A DNA stretch of 64,000 nucleotides from the NCBI RefSeq assembly GCF_964188315.1, contig NC_135668.1, forward strand, positions 5,766,001 through 5,830,000, in the 5' to 3' direction. The DNA comes from Podarcis muralis (lineage: Eukaryota). A model generated the notes under the pieces. It had not been told where the DNA came from. It made no database searches and worked only from the letters and a program-made list of their open reading frames with translations. The translations under genes and the position numbers were made by a program. Each line of letters opens with the position of its first letter. The first letter of the stretch is position 1. This document shows, piece after piece, positions 1 to 11,474 of the stretch.

Positions 1-1994
1 TATGGAAGCAGCAGAGGGGGACTCCACCACTCTGCCCCGATTCTTGCAGGGCTGCCCCCACCACTATTTTGCTGCTTGAGGCCAAGGACAAAATGGCGCC
101 CCCTTGTTCCACCACATACAACGGAAGTGGCAGCAGAATCCAGATTCCACCCTCCTCCTGCAGCACACCTCCTCTGCCCTCAGGGCCAGCACCTGCAGCC
201 TGAAGCAACTGTCTCCCTTGGTAGAATGGCAGAGCCGGCCCTGGATTCTTGCCAGGCCACCATGTTTGAATTGTGACAAGCCCCCTTAATCCAGCAAGCG
301 CTGGTCACCAAAGAGAAGCAGAGAAGACCATTCCTCTCCCCTCAGTGCAGCACAGTGCATTCAGGAATGGATCCAGGTTGAGGCCAGGCTTGGAGATATT
401 TCCTCGGAGCACCTGGATACCTTTGAAAGGCCGTCTGGCTTAGACATGGTTTGCAGTTCCTGCTCAGCGACGGCAACATAGATAAATGGCCAAAGGAAAC
501 GTTATCCAAACATTATCTGCTTCAAAGGCTTGACTGCAAACTTGCAGAGCTTTGACTCTGTCCAATCGCCCAGCGAAAACTGTAAGCCGATCCCGACCCG
601 GGACGGGGGACCCATGCCGCTCCAGGCCAGCCTTTCCCAGGCTCCCCTGCCAGCCCTGCAGTATTTGATGTGCTAATGGCCTGTGTGTGATCTCACTTGG
701 CAGCAGCACATTGTGCAAGGGCTCGGCTGCTGGATCCCTCCCATCGGACAGGCGGACGCCCCTCTGGCGGCCTTGGCTGGCCATGGGAGAGTTTCTTGGA
801 GAGCAGGCCGTGTTCCTGATGCAGCGGCACCCGTCAACAGGAAGGGCGTGCGCACCCCGCCCCGACTTCAAAACAACACAGGATTTTAAAATGTTGTTTT
901 TTGGGGGGGAGGTGGATGTGGAGAGGGCAGAGGTTGATTGCTGCTCTCTAGAACAGGGGTAGATAGATGCAATGTGGAGACTGTTGGACACATTCCCTGC
1001 AGAAGGCAGCATGGTCCATGGCCAGGGAACTTGGGAGTTCTAGTCCAACAACATCTGAAGGGCGCCAAGTTGGGGAAAGCTGTCCTGGAAGGCCACACTG
1101 GGGGCAGGGTGAGTGTCACAAGAGATGCCAGAATCTCCTCCTTCTTTTTTAAGCTTGTGATTGATAACACGGGATCTCCCATTTTTATTAAGCCTGATTA
1201 AACATTTCAGCTGGTGAATCATTTCCTCCCCGTTAAGTACATTTGCGCATTACAGAAGTGTCAAGGCAGCACCTTTTTGGAGATGCTGAAATTGTAAAAT
1301 GACTTACAGATTAATTAGCAAAAGCTGTCACTCTTTGACAGAAGGGGAGGCTGAATGGAGCTGCTATGCTCAGCTGCAGTCTATCTCTAAGTTCCAGTTG
1401 CTGGGGGCAGCAATAGCAGGAGTCAGAAAGGGTCTTGCTTTCCCACCAGGCCACTGACTGACCTCTGTCTGAACGGTGATACTGGGCTGCTTGGGCCTGA
1501 TCCTCTTTCTCTTAAGCAAGCTGCCCTGGTCATCAAATGACGAAGAGAATGGCTCCAAGCAGAAGTACATCCTCAATGCGCATCCTGGCCAATTAAGATC
1601 CACCCTTGCCCTATCAAACAAATAAAGTTTGAATCGGTGGAAATCAAGCCATTCAAGTGAGGGCTGGCAAACCCAGTGCGCTGTAGGTGTCATTGGATTC
1701 GAACTCTCATCAGCCCCAGCCAGGAAGGCCAGCGATGTGGGATGAAGAGAGCTGGAGCTCAGAAACATCTGGAGAGCCACACGTTCGCCACTCTGGATCA
1801 AAGCAGATTGTCTTCCTACGCAGTGCAGAATAAATGGTCTTCCTTTAAGTATTGAACTGATGCAAAACAAAGAGATCATCGGCTATATTATGTCCCAGGT
1901 CACATTTACTCCCTGCCCTTATCCCTTACAACCTCCCCCCCCCCCCCGACTGCTGTTAACTGGCGTGAATCTTACGTTGTGGAGGAGCTAAGGG

Positions 1995-2190
1995 GCCCAG
2001 ATAAATCCACAATGGATGGGTCTATCAAAGTCTATTAGCCATGATGGCTACATGGAACCTGCATGTCCAGAGGCAGTGTACTCCTGAATACTATTTTCTG
2101 GGGGGCAACAGCAGGAGAAGCCTCCTGGACGCCCTGGTGCTTGTTGGCTTCCTGGTTGCATCGGGTGGCCATTGTGAGAAGGAGGGGGAG
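1995..2190 (+). mobile_element. CR1-type LINE 3' fragment, diverged
   Basis: Resembles squamate CR1 3' sequence (…ctattagccatgatggcta…gaggcagtgtactcctgaatac…ggccattgtgagaa). Confidence 0.55.
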
Positions 2191-3420
2191 GTTGCTGGGC
2201 TCTTCTGATGGCCTTAGGCCTCCTCTTTGGACGGGTCTCTTTGGGTTTTATTTTATAGCATGTCGCACGCATAAAGGCTGCATGAGCTTTATTGAAACAT
2301 TTGGTCTAATTCGACAGACACAAATTCATCCCTGGAGACTCCCCTCATGGGTTAAGCGATGGCTATCAAGAGGCGACCAGTTATAGCTAGAAGATGAATA
2401 GATGTGCATTGCAGGGAAATGCCTCTTTTAAGGAAAAAAATATCTCTCATGGAAGGCAGTGCCATAAATCTTCTTGACTACCTTGCATGGGAGAGCGAGA
2501 AGTTAAAAGAGTGGCGAGGGGATTCAAGCTGAGTCCAGCAGGAATAACATTCACACCGGACGGAAACAGCCCCACACAGCACACTGCCTCTCTTCTTTCG
2601 AGGGCTGCACTGTGTCCCTCGGCAAAACGGGCACAGACCAGGTGGGCAGGGCTGGCCTAAAACATTTTGATGCCTGAGATGGAACACTGAAATGCATCAG
2701 CCCAGCCCTCACAGATTCATGTTGGACATAAGCCACAGGGAGGTTCTCCTGCACAAGCCTCATTTCCACCAGGAGGATGTGCCACAGACCATCCCGCCAG
2801 ATCGTGCTGTTTGTCGCTCAGAGTGGTCCAGCTCCCTCTCTCTCTCTGCAACCTTCAATGGCACCCAAAATACACCCCTCCAGGTGGCGACCTCACCTTC
2901 CCCATGATAACAGAACTGTGTGTCTGAACTCGGCTGAAGGACCACACAAGGTCTTGACATCACATGCGTCTCCGCATCAGGACTGGTTTGTTCTCAGACA
3001 TTCCAGAGGGGTTCTTGGGCTGCTCCATGAACCAAGGAGTCTCCAGTCCAGCTACGACTTCTGCCATGAGCTCCCTAGCTAGCCATAGCCCCCCTCTCCT
3101 ACCTATTTGTCATTCCCAGTTTCCAAACTGTAATCTGTCCTCCCTTATGAGGGCATTGCAAAAAAAATCTCCATGATGGCCTCCCATGTATGGAATTCCT
3201 TTCCACTGGACTGGCATCAAATTTCCACACTGCTGGCTTTTTGGAAGGCCCTGAAGAAGACCCCTCTTTTTTTCCATTGATCTTCTAGGTAGGATGTCTA
3301 TTAGCTGGCTGGTGGGTGAATTATGGGTTTGCTGTTGCGTTTCTGGCTCTCTCTTTTTTTTAAGGTGCAGTCAGTATTCCTGTTTTCTGTAGTTTAAAGT
3401 TTTGCTTTTTTTTTGCATTA

Positions 3421-3672
3421 CAGTGGTACCTCTGGTTGTGAACGGGATCCATTCTGGAGCCCCATTCGCAACCTGAAAGGAATGCAACCCGCGTCTGCGC
3501 ACATGCGGGTCGTGATTTGCTGCTTCTGTGCATGCGCATGATGTCATTTTGTGCGTCTGCGCATGTGTGAGCAGCGAAACCCGGAAGTACCCCTTTCTGG
3601 TACTTCCGGGTTGCCGCAGGACACAACCTGAAAAGACATAACCTGAACCAAATGTAACAAGAGGTATGACTG
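3421..3672. mobile_element. Tc1/mariner (Tigger/pogo-like) MITE
   Basis: Imperfect TIRs CAGTGGTACCTCTGG / CAAGAGGTATGACTG, with TA on both sides (3419-3420, 3673-3674). Confidence 0.75.
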
Positions 3673-5454
3673 TAGTAGGTCTTTCCATCTCTCGTAGTTC
3701 TTGATTATAAGCTGCTTTGGATGGGCAGGTGCTCAGAAAAGCCACCATTATTATTTTTATAATTTTGGTGGGACTCTGAACAGTTTGTAAATGTTGTGTT
3801 GTTTTAAAGCTTTGAGCAATAACAACTGCACTAGTGGAAAGATTTTACGCTTCCACAAGTCACAGCACCCAATTTTCACTGGTTCTTCTGCTCCACTGTA
3901 CCCTTCCAAAATCTGACCCTGAGATTTGGGAGACAATCTAGTACAGCACAGAGTATTTGCAGAAAGCTGAAGCAGGGTTATTGGGGATCTGAAAAATTGG
4001 GTTGCCTACATTGCAGGAGCACAAGCACTTTCAGCCCTTCATTGGATACAAGCCAAAATGTTGACTCTGGTTACCTGTAAACTCACAAGCTTGAATCCCT
4101 GGTTCATGTTGCAGTGCAAGGTCTGAGAAGCCTGAACTTTGTGATGACAACTAATTAAGGCGAAAGTTCATAGACAACTAATTAAGCACTCGAGTGGTGG
4201 TGCAAATCCCCACCCTGGAGCTTAGTGTCAGCGAGAGAGAGTAACGCTGAAGAGCAGGTGTCGGAGGAGAATTCCCCTCGCCCCTTGGCAGGATGTAGAT
4301 TTTTTTTAAAAAAAGAAATTAAAGTGTGCGATAGAAGGAAGAGGCATATCACCATGTTAATGTGTTTCTTTCCAAGATGAAGAGCGATTAGAAAGCACCT
4401 CTAGGAAATAATATTCTTTTTTTCCCCCAGTCATGTATTTTGCAGTAAATATTGCCATGTGATTTATATAGGTAAATCAACTTTCAACAGGAAAACCCTT
4501 AAGGAGGAAACAGAGAAGGCGAGAGAGCCGAGGTGTGGTAGGATCCAGGCCCCAGGCCTCACTGGGAGGAGGCCAGGATTCAGGTCACCTTTGGCCAAAC
4601 GGTTGGGAGTGTGCTGACTCTCGCTTGCTTGCTTGTCCTTCCCCTGTCAGAGATTTAGAAACAAGTAACACAGCCAACAGGCCAGGCTCTCAGAGCCTCA
4701 CATGGGAGGCTGGTGTTGGAGCCCCACATGGGAGGCAGGTTAATCCCAGCAAAACCACGGCTGGAACATGGATAGGTGCTGGGCAAACAAGTGCAGTTCA
4801 CAAGTGTGTACAAACACAATGCAGACATCTGTCACCACAAGGATGGTTTGCACAAAGCCTCTTTAAAAATAAAAATAAAAAGCCCTAACCCTAACAGCAC
4901 AATCCTGTGCATGTTTACTTAGGACAAAGCCCCATTACAATCAATGCGACTTACTCTCCAGGTAAATGTGTGTGGCCTTCTTCTCTTCCCCCATGGAACT
5001 GCCATTGCCCACAGTCACCAAGTAACACTAGCATTTTATGAATTCTCTTTTGCACTGATACTTCATCACCCATTTTATCCTCACAATATCCCTGTGAGGT
5101 AGGCTAGGTGAAGGGATAGCAACTGGCCCAAGGTAAGTTTCATGGGTTGAGTGGGAGTCAAACTCAGGCCTTGCCACACTCTAAGCTGGGCTGTTAAACG
5201 GTGGGACTTGCTCCTAGAGGCGGCAGTGGCAGCTGCCAGCTTGAAGGGCTTTAGAAGACGATGACATAAATTCATGCAGGAAGAGCTATCAGCTCCCAGC
5301 CACAGTGGCTCTGTTCTGCTTCCACTTTTGAAGGCAGTTTACCTCTGGACACCAGCTGGTAGGAAATCATAGGTAGGCAGATTACTCTTGCAGAATTCTC
5401 CCCTGGCCTCCTCGCTGGCCCAAGTAGGACCAATTCAGCCAGCTAGCCCTGGGG

Positions 5455-5592
5455 ATTATCTAATTGATTTTTGAATTTTATTATTATTCATGTTTTTATA
5501 CTGTATTTTATGCTGCTTTTATAATTAAGTGTTTTAAAGTGTTTTAAATTTGTTGTTAGTCGCCCTGAGCCCAGTTTTTGAACCGGGAAGGG
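5455..5592 (+). mobile_element. L2-type LINE 3' end running into the gap
   Basis: AT-rich 3' UTR ending …tgttagtcgccctgagcccagtttttgaaccgggaaggg, similar to the L2 tail at 26460-26640. Confidence 0.6.
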
Positions 5593-5731
5593 NNNNNNNN
5601 NNNNNNNNNNNNNNNNNNNNNNNNNNNNNNNNNNNNNNNNNNNNNNNNNNNNNNNNNNNNNNNNNNNNNNNNNNNNNNNNNNNNNNNNNNNNNNNNNNNN
5701 NNNNNNNNNNNNNNNNNNNNNNNNNNNNNNN
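5593..5731. other. Assembly gap (139 N)
   Basis: Run of n directly after an L2-type 3' end. Confidence 1.
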
Positions 5732-5969
5732 CTTGTTTGGGGCATCTTGCTGACCTCTGGACTAAATAGACTTCCTTGCATTCCTAGGAAGGGCAGCTTT
5801 TTCTCTGTTTTTCTCCTTTTGAATTTTGTCTCTCACCTGCCCCCCCCCCTCTAATTTCCCAGTAACATTACTCTCTTTCCCTTCCCAGTAGGAGGGAAAT
5901 TTCCCAGTAGGAGGGAAATAGCTGGGCTCTAGAGTTGAGTTCAAAACATAACTCAAAAAGAAAAGTTAC

Positions 5970-6156
5970 AGATAGGTAGCCGTGTTGGTCTGCCATAGTC
6001 AAAACAAAAAATTCCTTCCAGTAGCACCTTAAAGACCAACTAAGTTAGTTCTTGGTATGAGCTTTCGTGTGAAGAAGTGTGCATGCACACGAAAGCTCAT
6101 ACCAAGAACTAACTTAGTTGGTCTTTAAGGTGCTACTGGAAGGAATTTTTTGTTTC
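5970..6156. mobile_element. Penelope-like element terminal inverted repeat
   Basis: Terminal motif ggtagccgtgttggtctgccatagtc…ttccagtagcaccttaaagaccaactaag and its inverted copy, the layout typical of Penelope ends. A related copy lies at 9570-9772. Confidence 0.7.
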
Positions 6157-6234
6157 AAAAAGAAAAAGTATAGAGGCGACTGAGAGGAGATAGGATAAAA
6201 AGGTAAAGGGACCCCTGACCCTTAGGATAGCCAT

Positions 6235-6520
6235 ATTCAAAAAGCTAAAGGATGGAGCAAGCTTGTTTTCTGCTGCTCTGGAGGATAGGAGTCAAACCAA
6301 TGGCTTGAAGTTACAAGAAAGCAGATTCTGGCTGAACATCAGAAATAACGTTTGGAGAGTAAGAGCTGTTTGACAGTGGAACAGACTCCCACAGGAGGTG
6401 CTGGGCTCTCCTTCTTTGGGGGTTTTTTAGCAGATGTTGGGTGTCCATTTGTCATGTATGATCTAGTTAAGATTCCTGCATGAACCAGATGACTTCCAAC
6501 TTTACAATTCTATGATTAAC
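6235..6520 (+). mobile_element. CR1 LINE 3' end
   Basis: …gaagttacaagaaagcagattctggctgaacatcag…gtaagagctgtttgacagtggaac…, ending in the CR1 tail ATTCTATGATT. Confidence 0.85.
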
Positions 6521-7237
6521 CAATCAACACAAAATAGGACATGTTTTAAAATTGCTGGGTAAATATATTGATCTACAAACAACACTAGACCAAACTTTAT
6601 TCCATGGATTCTTCATGTTAAAGTTTTTATTAATTGTATTTAAAAAAAGAAAATAAAAGTGGTCTTACTGAAAAGTCAGCCCATGTCATATAACTCTGTG
6701 GAATTATTATTTTTTTGGCGGGGGGCGGTAATCAGGATGGTTAAGCAAGTTGCCTGGAAGAGCCTCTGTGCCCTCAATTTTGCAAAGACGCAGGCGAAGC
6801 TCACTCCTGGCCATCGTCAATACTCAGCCCAAGCATGGCTGGAGACCTCGAGGAACGCATCCCAGAAAGCCCTCTAGGGGTCAAGCGGGGAAGTGCCTCG
6901 CCTGCGTGGAGGAAGAAACTAGCTGGGTGGCTGAGGAGGAAGGCAGAAGGGCTGCAATCCAAGCAGCCTTACTTTACTTACTTACTTAAATATTGTTAGA
7001 CTCGTCCCCCCTCCCAAACTCCCTCTTTGGGACCTTCAGAGTTTGCTGTTATTAATTCAGTTACAATGGTAAAATCTGTGATTTGTGGTTGGAAGGCTAT
7101 TCTTGCGTGTGTGCACGTGCTAACCCTGATTTTCCTTCTAAACACTCCCTGCAGGTGTCAACAGAGGGACTTCCTTAGCTAGGACACTTGTGGCATCCTA
7201 AACAGAAAGCAGCATCGTTGTTGCTGCTTCAATTTAT

Positions 7238-7719
7238 TTGTTGTTGTTTAGTCGTTTAGTCGTGTCCGACTCTTCGTGACTCCATGGACCAGAGCACGCC
7301 AGGTACTCCTGTCTTCCACTGCCTCCCGTACTTTGGTCAAACTCATGCTGGTAGCTTCGAGAACACTGTCCAACCATCTCGTCCTCTGTCGTCCCCTTCT
7401 CCTTGTGCCCTCCATCTTTCCCAACATCAGGGTCTTTTCCAGGGAGTCTTCTCTTCTCATGAGGTGGCCAAAGTATTGGAGCCTCAGCTTCAGGACCTGT
7501 CCTTCCAGTGAGCACTCAGGGCTGATTTCCTTCAGAATGGAGAGGTTTGATCTTCTTGCAGTCCATGGGACTCTCAAGAGTCTCCTCCAGCACCATAATT
7601 CAAAAGCGTCAATTCTTCGGCGATCAGCCTTCTTTATGGTCCAGCTCTCACTTCCATACATCACTACTGGGAAAACCATGGCTTTTACTATATGGACCTT
7701 TGTTGGCAAGGTGACGTCT
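7238..7719 (-). mobile_element. Bov-B (RTE) LINE, 5'-truncated, with TSD
   Basis: ORF 7248..7709 encodes the Bov-B RT C-terminus (…DAFELWCWRRLLRVPWTARRSN…GVTKSRTRLND). (CAA)n tail. 14-bp flanking repeat CTGCTTCAATTTAT at 7224-7237 and 7720-7733. Confidence 0.95.
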
Positions 7720-7979
7720 CTGCTTCAATTTATATACCACCCTTTATCAAAAGACCTCAGGGTGATGTACAACATTACAAAACATTGATGATAAAACATA
7801 ATAATAACATAGTACAAAGCATGTCCAACGTAGGCTGGATCTGGTCTAGAATCAGCACCTAGAGTTGTTCAGCAATTTGGTCTGCTGAGGAGAGCAGCAT
7901 GGTTTGTTTACTTTGAATGTTGTGTTGGTGTGTGAACATCTGACAGCCCACATCGCAACACGGCCTCCCTCAGCGGAAG

Positions 7980-8056
7980 GGCCATAGCTCTGTGGAAGCA
8001 GAGCACCTGTTTTTCATGGAGAAGACTCCAGTTTCATTCCCTGGCATCTCCATATA
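7980..8056 (+). mobile_element. tRNA-derived SINE 5' part, diverged
   Basis: gggccatagctctgtggaagcagagcacctg…cctggcatctcca; same family as 60946-61320. Confidence 0.55.
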
Positions 8057-8188
8057 CAGTGGTACCTCAGGTTAAGTACTTAATTCGTTCTGGAGGTCTG
8101 TTCTTAACCTGAAACTGTTCTTAACCTGAAGCACCAGTTTAGCTAATGGGGCCTCCTGCTGCCAGAGCACGATTTCTGTTCTCATCCT
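8057..8188 (+). mobile_element. Tc1/mariner MITE, truncated (family of 25246 and 52260)
   Basis: TA + CAGTGGTACCTCAGGTTAAGTACTTAATTCG…; the right end is missing. Confidence 0.8.
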
Positions 8189-8344
8189 TTTCGGTGGTGG
8201 CCCCACGATTGTGGAGCCAAAGACTATCACCATCTGCAATTTTCGGTATTTCATGTCCTTCTGAGCTGACTGTTTGTACTCCCCTCTCCCAAACCACACA
8301 CAAACAGCATCTCAGGATAACACTGCATGCATCAGTTGCTTCTA

Positions 8345-9345
8345 ATTCTTTTTTATTTTTCTTAAAGCTTTATTGAAATTTTAAAAAAACAGCGAACAGA
8401 AATTCACCCAGAAAGAAAAAACAGTAGTAAATGATACATCAAATCACAGTAAATTCTTCTTGCATTTATAACAACTTCCCGTCACCCCATCATGCATCTA
8501 CCACTTATTTCATCTAACGCACTATCCATTTCCTTAATTAATTTTCATTAATGACTTATTCTCCTATAAATATCCACGATATCACAGAAGTCATTCAAGG
8601 CCTGCCATTGACATCATGTTATTACAATGTTGCTTAAGGTATTTTTTCTACATGTCCCATTCTTTAATAAATGTTTTTTCACTATGACCTCTCAGCTTCC
8701 CTGTCATTTTGGCCAACTCGGTGTATTCCAATAATTTACTTTGCCACTTCAGTTTAGTCGGGATTTTTTCCCCTTTCCAATTTGTAGCGATTAATATTCT
8801 TGCAGCTACCGTAGTGTACAAGAATATTTCCCTCGTTTTTTTAGGTATGCCTGTGCCTGGTATCCCCAGGATGAAGGCTTCCGGTTCTTTAATAAAGGAA
8901 ATCTTAAACATCTTTGAAAGCTCGTTATAGATTAGCTCCCCAAATTCCTTTGTTTTCTTACAGTTCCACCACATATGTAGCACTGAACCTTCTGCTACCC
9001 CATATCTCCAACATTTACTAGAAGTATTTTTTATGCGTTTTATATAGTTTTAATGGCGTTAGGTACCAGCGGAATTGCATCTTCATAAAATTTTCTTTCA
9101 AAGCATAACATGCGGTGAACTTCATATCTACCTTCCATAGTTTTTCCCAGGCATCCATGGTGATGTTGTAACCAAAGTCTTGAGCCCATTTAACCGTTAC
9201 TGATTTTACCTCCTCCTTCTTGACTTCCCAGTCAAGAGGGAGTCGGTACATTTTAGAGAGTGTTTTCCTTTTGGAGTTGATCTGTTCTTTTTCCAGTCTG
9301 GAGGATTCCGTTGCAAAGCCATTTCTTTTATCAAGTTTAAGTATC
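8345..9345 (-). mobile_element. L1-clade LINE 3' fragment (ORF2 C-terminus, frameshifted)
   Basis: ORFs 9018..9251 (…KWAQDFGY…WEKLW…LKENFMKMQFRWYLTP) and 8648..8983 (HMWWNC…ARILIATNWK…W) are typical of squamate L1 ORF2. Minus-strand AATAAA and A-rich tail near 8345-8375. Confidence 0.85.
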
Positions 9346-9361
9346 TCACGTAGTTGATGAT

Positions 9362-9398
<37 letters not shown>
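9362..9398. repeat. (ATC)n microsatellite
   Basis: About 12 units. Confidence 0.95.
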
Positions 9399-9569
9399 GT
9401 TGCTTCTGCTAGAATTCATTTCTCAGCCTTTAAGGTGCTACAAGAAACTTGATTGTTTCTTCCCAAAGAGGTTTTCTCAGCAGTACTGTATCTGTTTCAT
9501 GTTTGTGTTCTCCAATAAGCTACGACTGACTATTATTGTTAACTAATGAAAGGGGAAATAAATTTTAAA

Positions 9570-9772
9570 AATTGTCCAATAGCACCTTGGAGACCACCTA
9601 TGGTAAGTATGTTCTGGGCATGCACACTTCTTCAGATACCACTCAGGAGACAATAACTGTGCATGCACACAAAAGCTTATACCCAGAACATACTTAGTTG
9701 GTCTCTAAGATGCTACTGGACAATTTTTTTATTTATTTTGACTGTGTCAGACCAACACAGCTACCTACCTGA
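9570..9772. mobile_element. Penelope-like element terminal inverted repeat, diverged
   Basis: Inverted pair aaaattgtccaatagcacctt…gcatgcacac / gtgcatgcacac…gatgctactggacaatttt; same family as 5970-6156. Confidence 0.65.
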
Positions 9773-10018
9773 ATAATGAAAGGGGGACACGTTATGCTTC
9801 TTCTGGGGTAGCTTGTTCACCTTTGGTCCCCACCCTGCACTCAGTTCTCACCTGTGGCTCCTGGAAGCTGTCAGCAGGCAACAGCGGCTGATGGGTCTCA
9901 AACCCTTGGTGCGTTAGGGACCTCCTCTGCATGTGAAGATGGGCTCTGGTGGATTGAGCGAATGAGACCAAGAGCGGGTTCAATGGTCAAGAAGAAGGTT
10001 TCTGCATGTGCTGTAGAG

Positions 10019-10149
10019 CAGCCTTTCTCAACCTGTGGGTCCCCAGATGTTGCTGACTCCCATCATTCCTAGCTAGCAAGGCCAGAGCTCAGGGATGATA
10101 GGAGTTGTAGTCCAACAACATCTGGGGACCCACAGGTTGAGAACTGCTG
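10019..10149. mobile_element. hAT-type palindromic MITE (GGACTACAACTCCC family)
   Basis: TIR-like CAGCCTTTCTCAACCTGTGGGTCCCCAGATG / CATCTGGGGACCCACAGGTTGAGAACTGCTG. Near-TSD CTGTAGAG / CATGTAGAG. Confidence 0.75.
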
Positions 10150-10154
10150 CATGT

Positions 10155-10545
10155 AGAGGGAAGTGAGGGGCAGGTGGGTCTCGTCCACCTGGCAAGGTAG
10201 CCCATCGAAGAGAAGGAAAACTCTGATCCGAAAACTCTGCTGCCATGCAAGATATCTTCAGGAGAAGAAAAGGCTAAGGAGCAAATCGTACATAAATCCA
10301 AGTAAACCCTAATGTGGTTGAATGGCACCTTGTATGCCTCCTTCTGGCAACTCCTACAGTCAATCTGGTGCCAAACACATTGCTCTGCTTTCCTTTGGGC
10401 CAAAGAGGGTCTTGCCCAGGACCTCCATACACACTGCCCAGGTTTGCGACCCGGGGAGGTTACTTCAGTGCTGCTAATGCAGCAGATTGACTTCATTCCT
10501 GGAGACACACTTCATTGTCTCTTGAGACAAATGGATGCCAGCAAG
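10155..10545 (+). mobile_element. Interspersed repeat of uncertain class (non-LTR-like)
   Basis: I recognise it as a recurrent lizard repeat (…gagaaggaaaactctgatcc…ccaggacctccatacacactgcccagg…gagacaaatggatgcc). It has no ORF. Confidence 0.45.
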
Positions 10546-11413
10546 AAATAAAGGGGGAGAGGTGGGCTCCAGGCAGCATGCTACCCCGATCCCCATATTC
10601 CTAAACCCCCATGGCCCTAATCTCTTCCCACTCCACATCCCTGTGGCCCAATTCATAAAAAACATCCATTTTGCTTTGAGCAGATAATACAGAATTCACT
10701 AAAGGCTGATGGGTAACATTCTTGCCTCTGAGTGTTCTGGGGTCGCAAAGATTATCTTCTTCAATCTCCATGTTGACACATTTGACAGCTGCAATAAAAA
10801 CAGTCAGCCCTCTCCATATTATTATTATTTTTCTCCAAGTCAGCGCTCCCTCCCCCTAAAAATACATCTGTTCGGAAGTGTTAAGATCCTGCTGAAAAAC
10901 CTCCACGCAGATATGGGCAGGGCGCCATATTGAAAAACAATGGAATATCCAAACATCCTCCCATGAGTTATTTCAGCATAATTCCCCAAAAAGGAATGAA
11001 TCAAAAGGCACGTCACCAAATGCTCCCCCCAAGAGACGCTGATGTTGTGGGGAAGGAAGAGGTGATGCTGGGGAAGAAATGCTGGGGCTTATGGGGGGGT
11101 GGCCCATATGGGATCCCCAAATTGCACATGCAGACATGTAGATTTGAGAGGAAACAGGGGTGGCTCTTGGCATTTTGGCACCTGAGGTGAACCACAAAAT
11201 TGTGCTCTGTCCCCACCACAGAAGAGGGGGTGCGTGAATACCTACATCAGGAAGGTGTGTGTGTGAATATCTACATCAGGATCTGCTGCGCCTGTGGATC
11301 CTGCTGCCTGAGGCTGTTGCCTCACCTTGCCTCATGGGTAGGCAAGCCTTGAGCGGAACCTGCCAAGCTGCTCCACAGGGCAAATGTAGGGAGGAAGTAA
11401 GGCTTGTTTCCTG

Positions 11414-11416
<3 letters not shown>

Positions 11417-11472
<56 letters not shown>
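11417..11472. repeat. (CT)n microsatellite
   Basis: About 28 units. Confidence 0.95.

Positions 11473-11474
<2 letters not shown>

Noticed and set aside
2877-2890. CTCF-like motif CCTCCAGGTGGCGA (also AGCAGGTGGCGC at 12493-12504)
   Set aside because: Single motif matches are expected by chance in 64 kb, and there is no other support.
5488-5781. ORFs containing X runs
   Set aside because: They span the N gap.
7276-7788. Antisense ORFs MTPWTRARQ…/MDQSTPGTP… (also at 34491 and 52657)
   Set aside because: They are opposite-strand frames of Bov-B, not independent genes.
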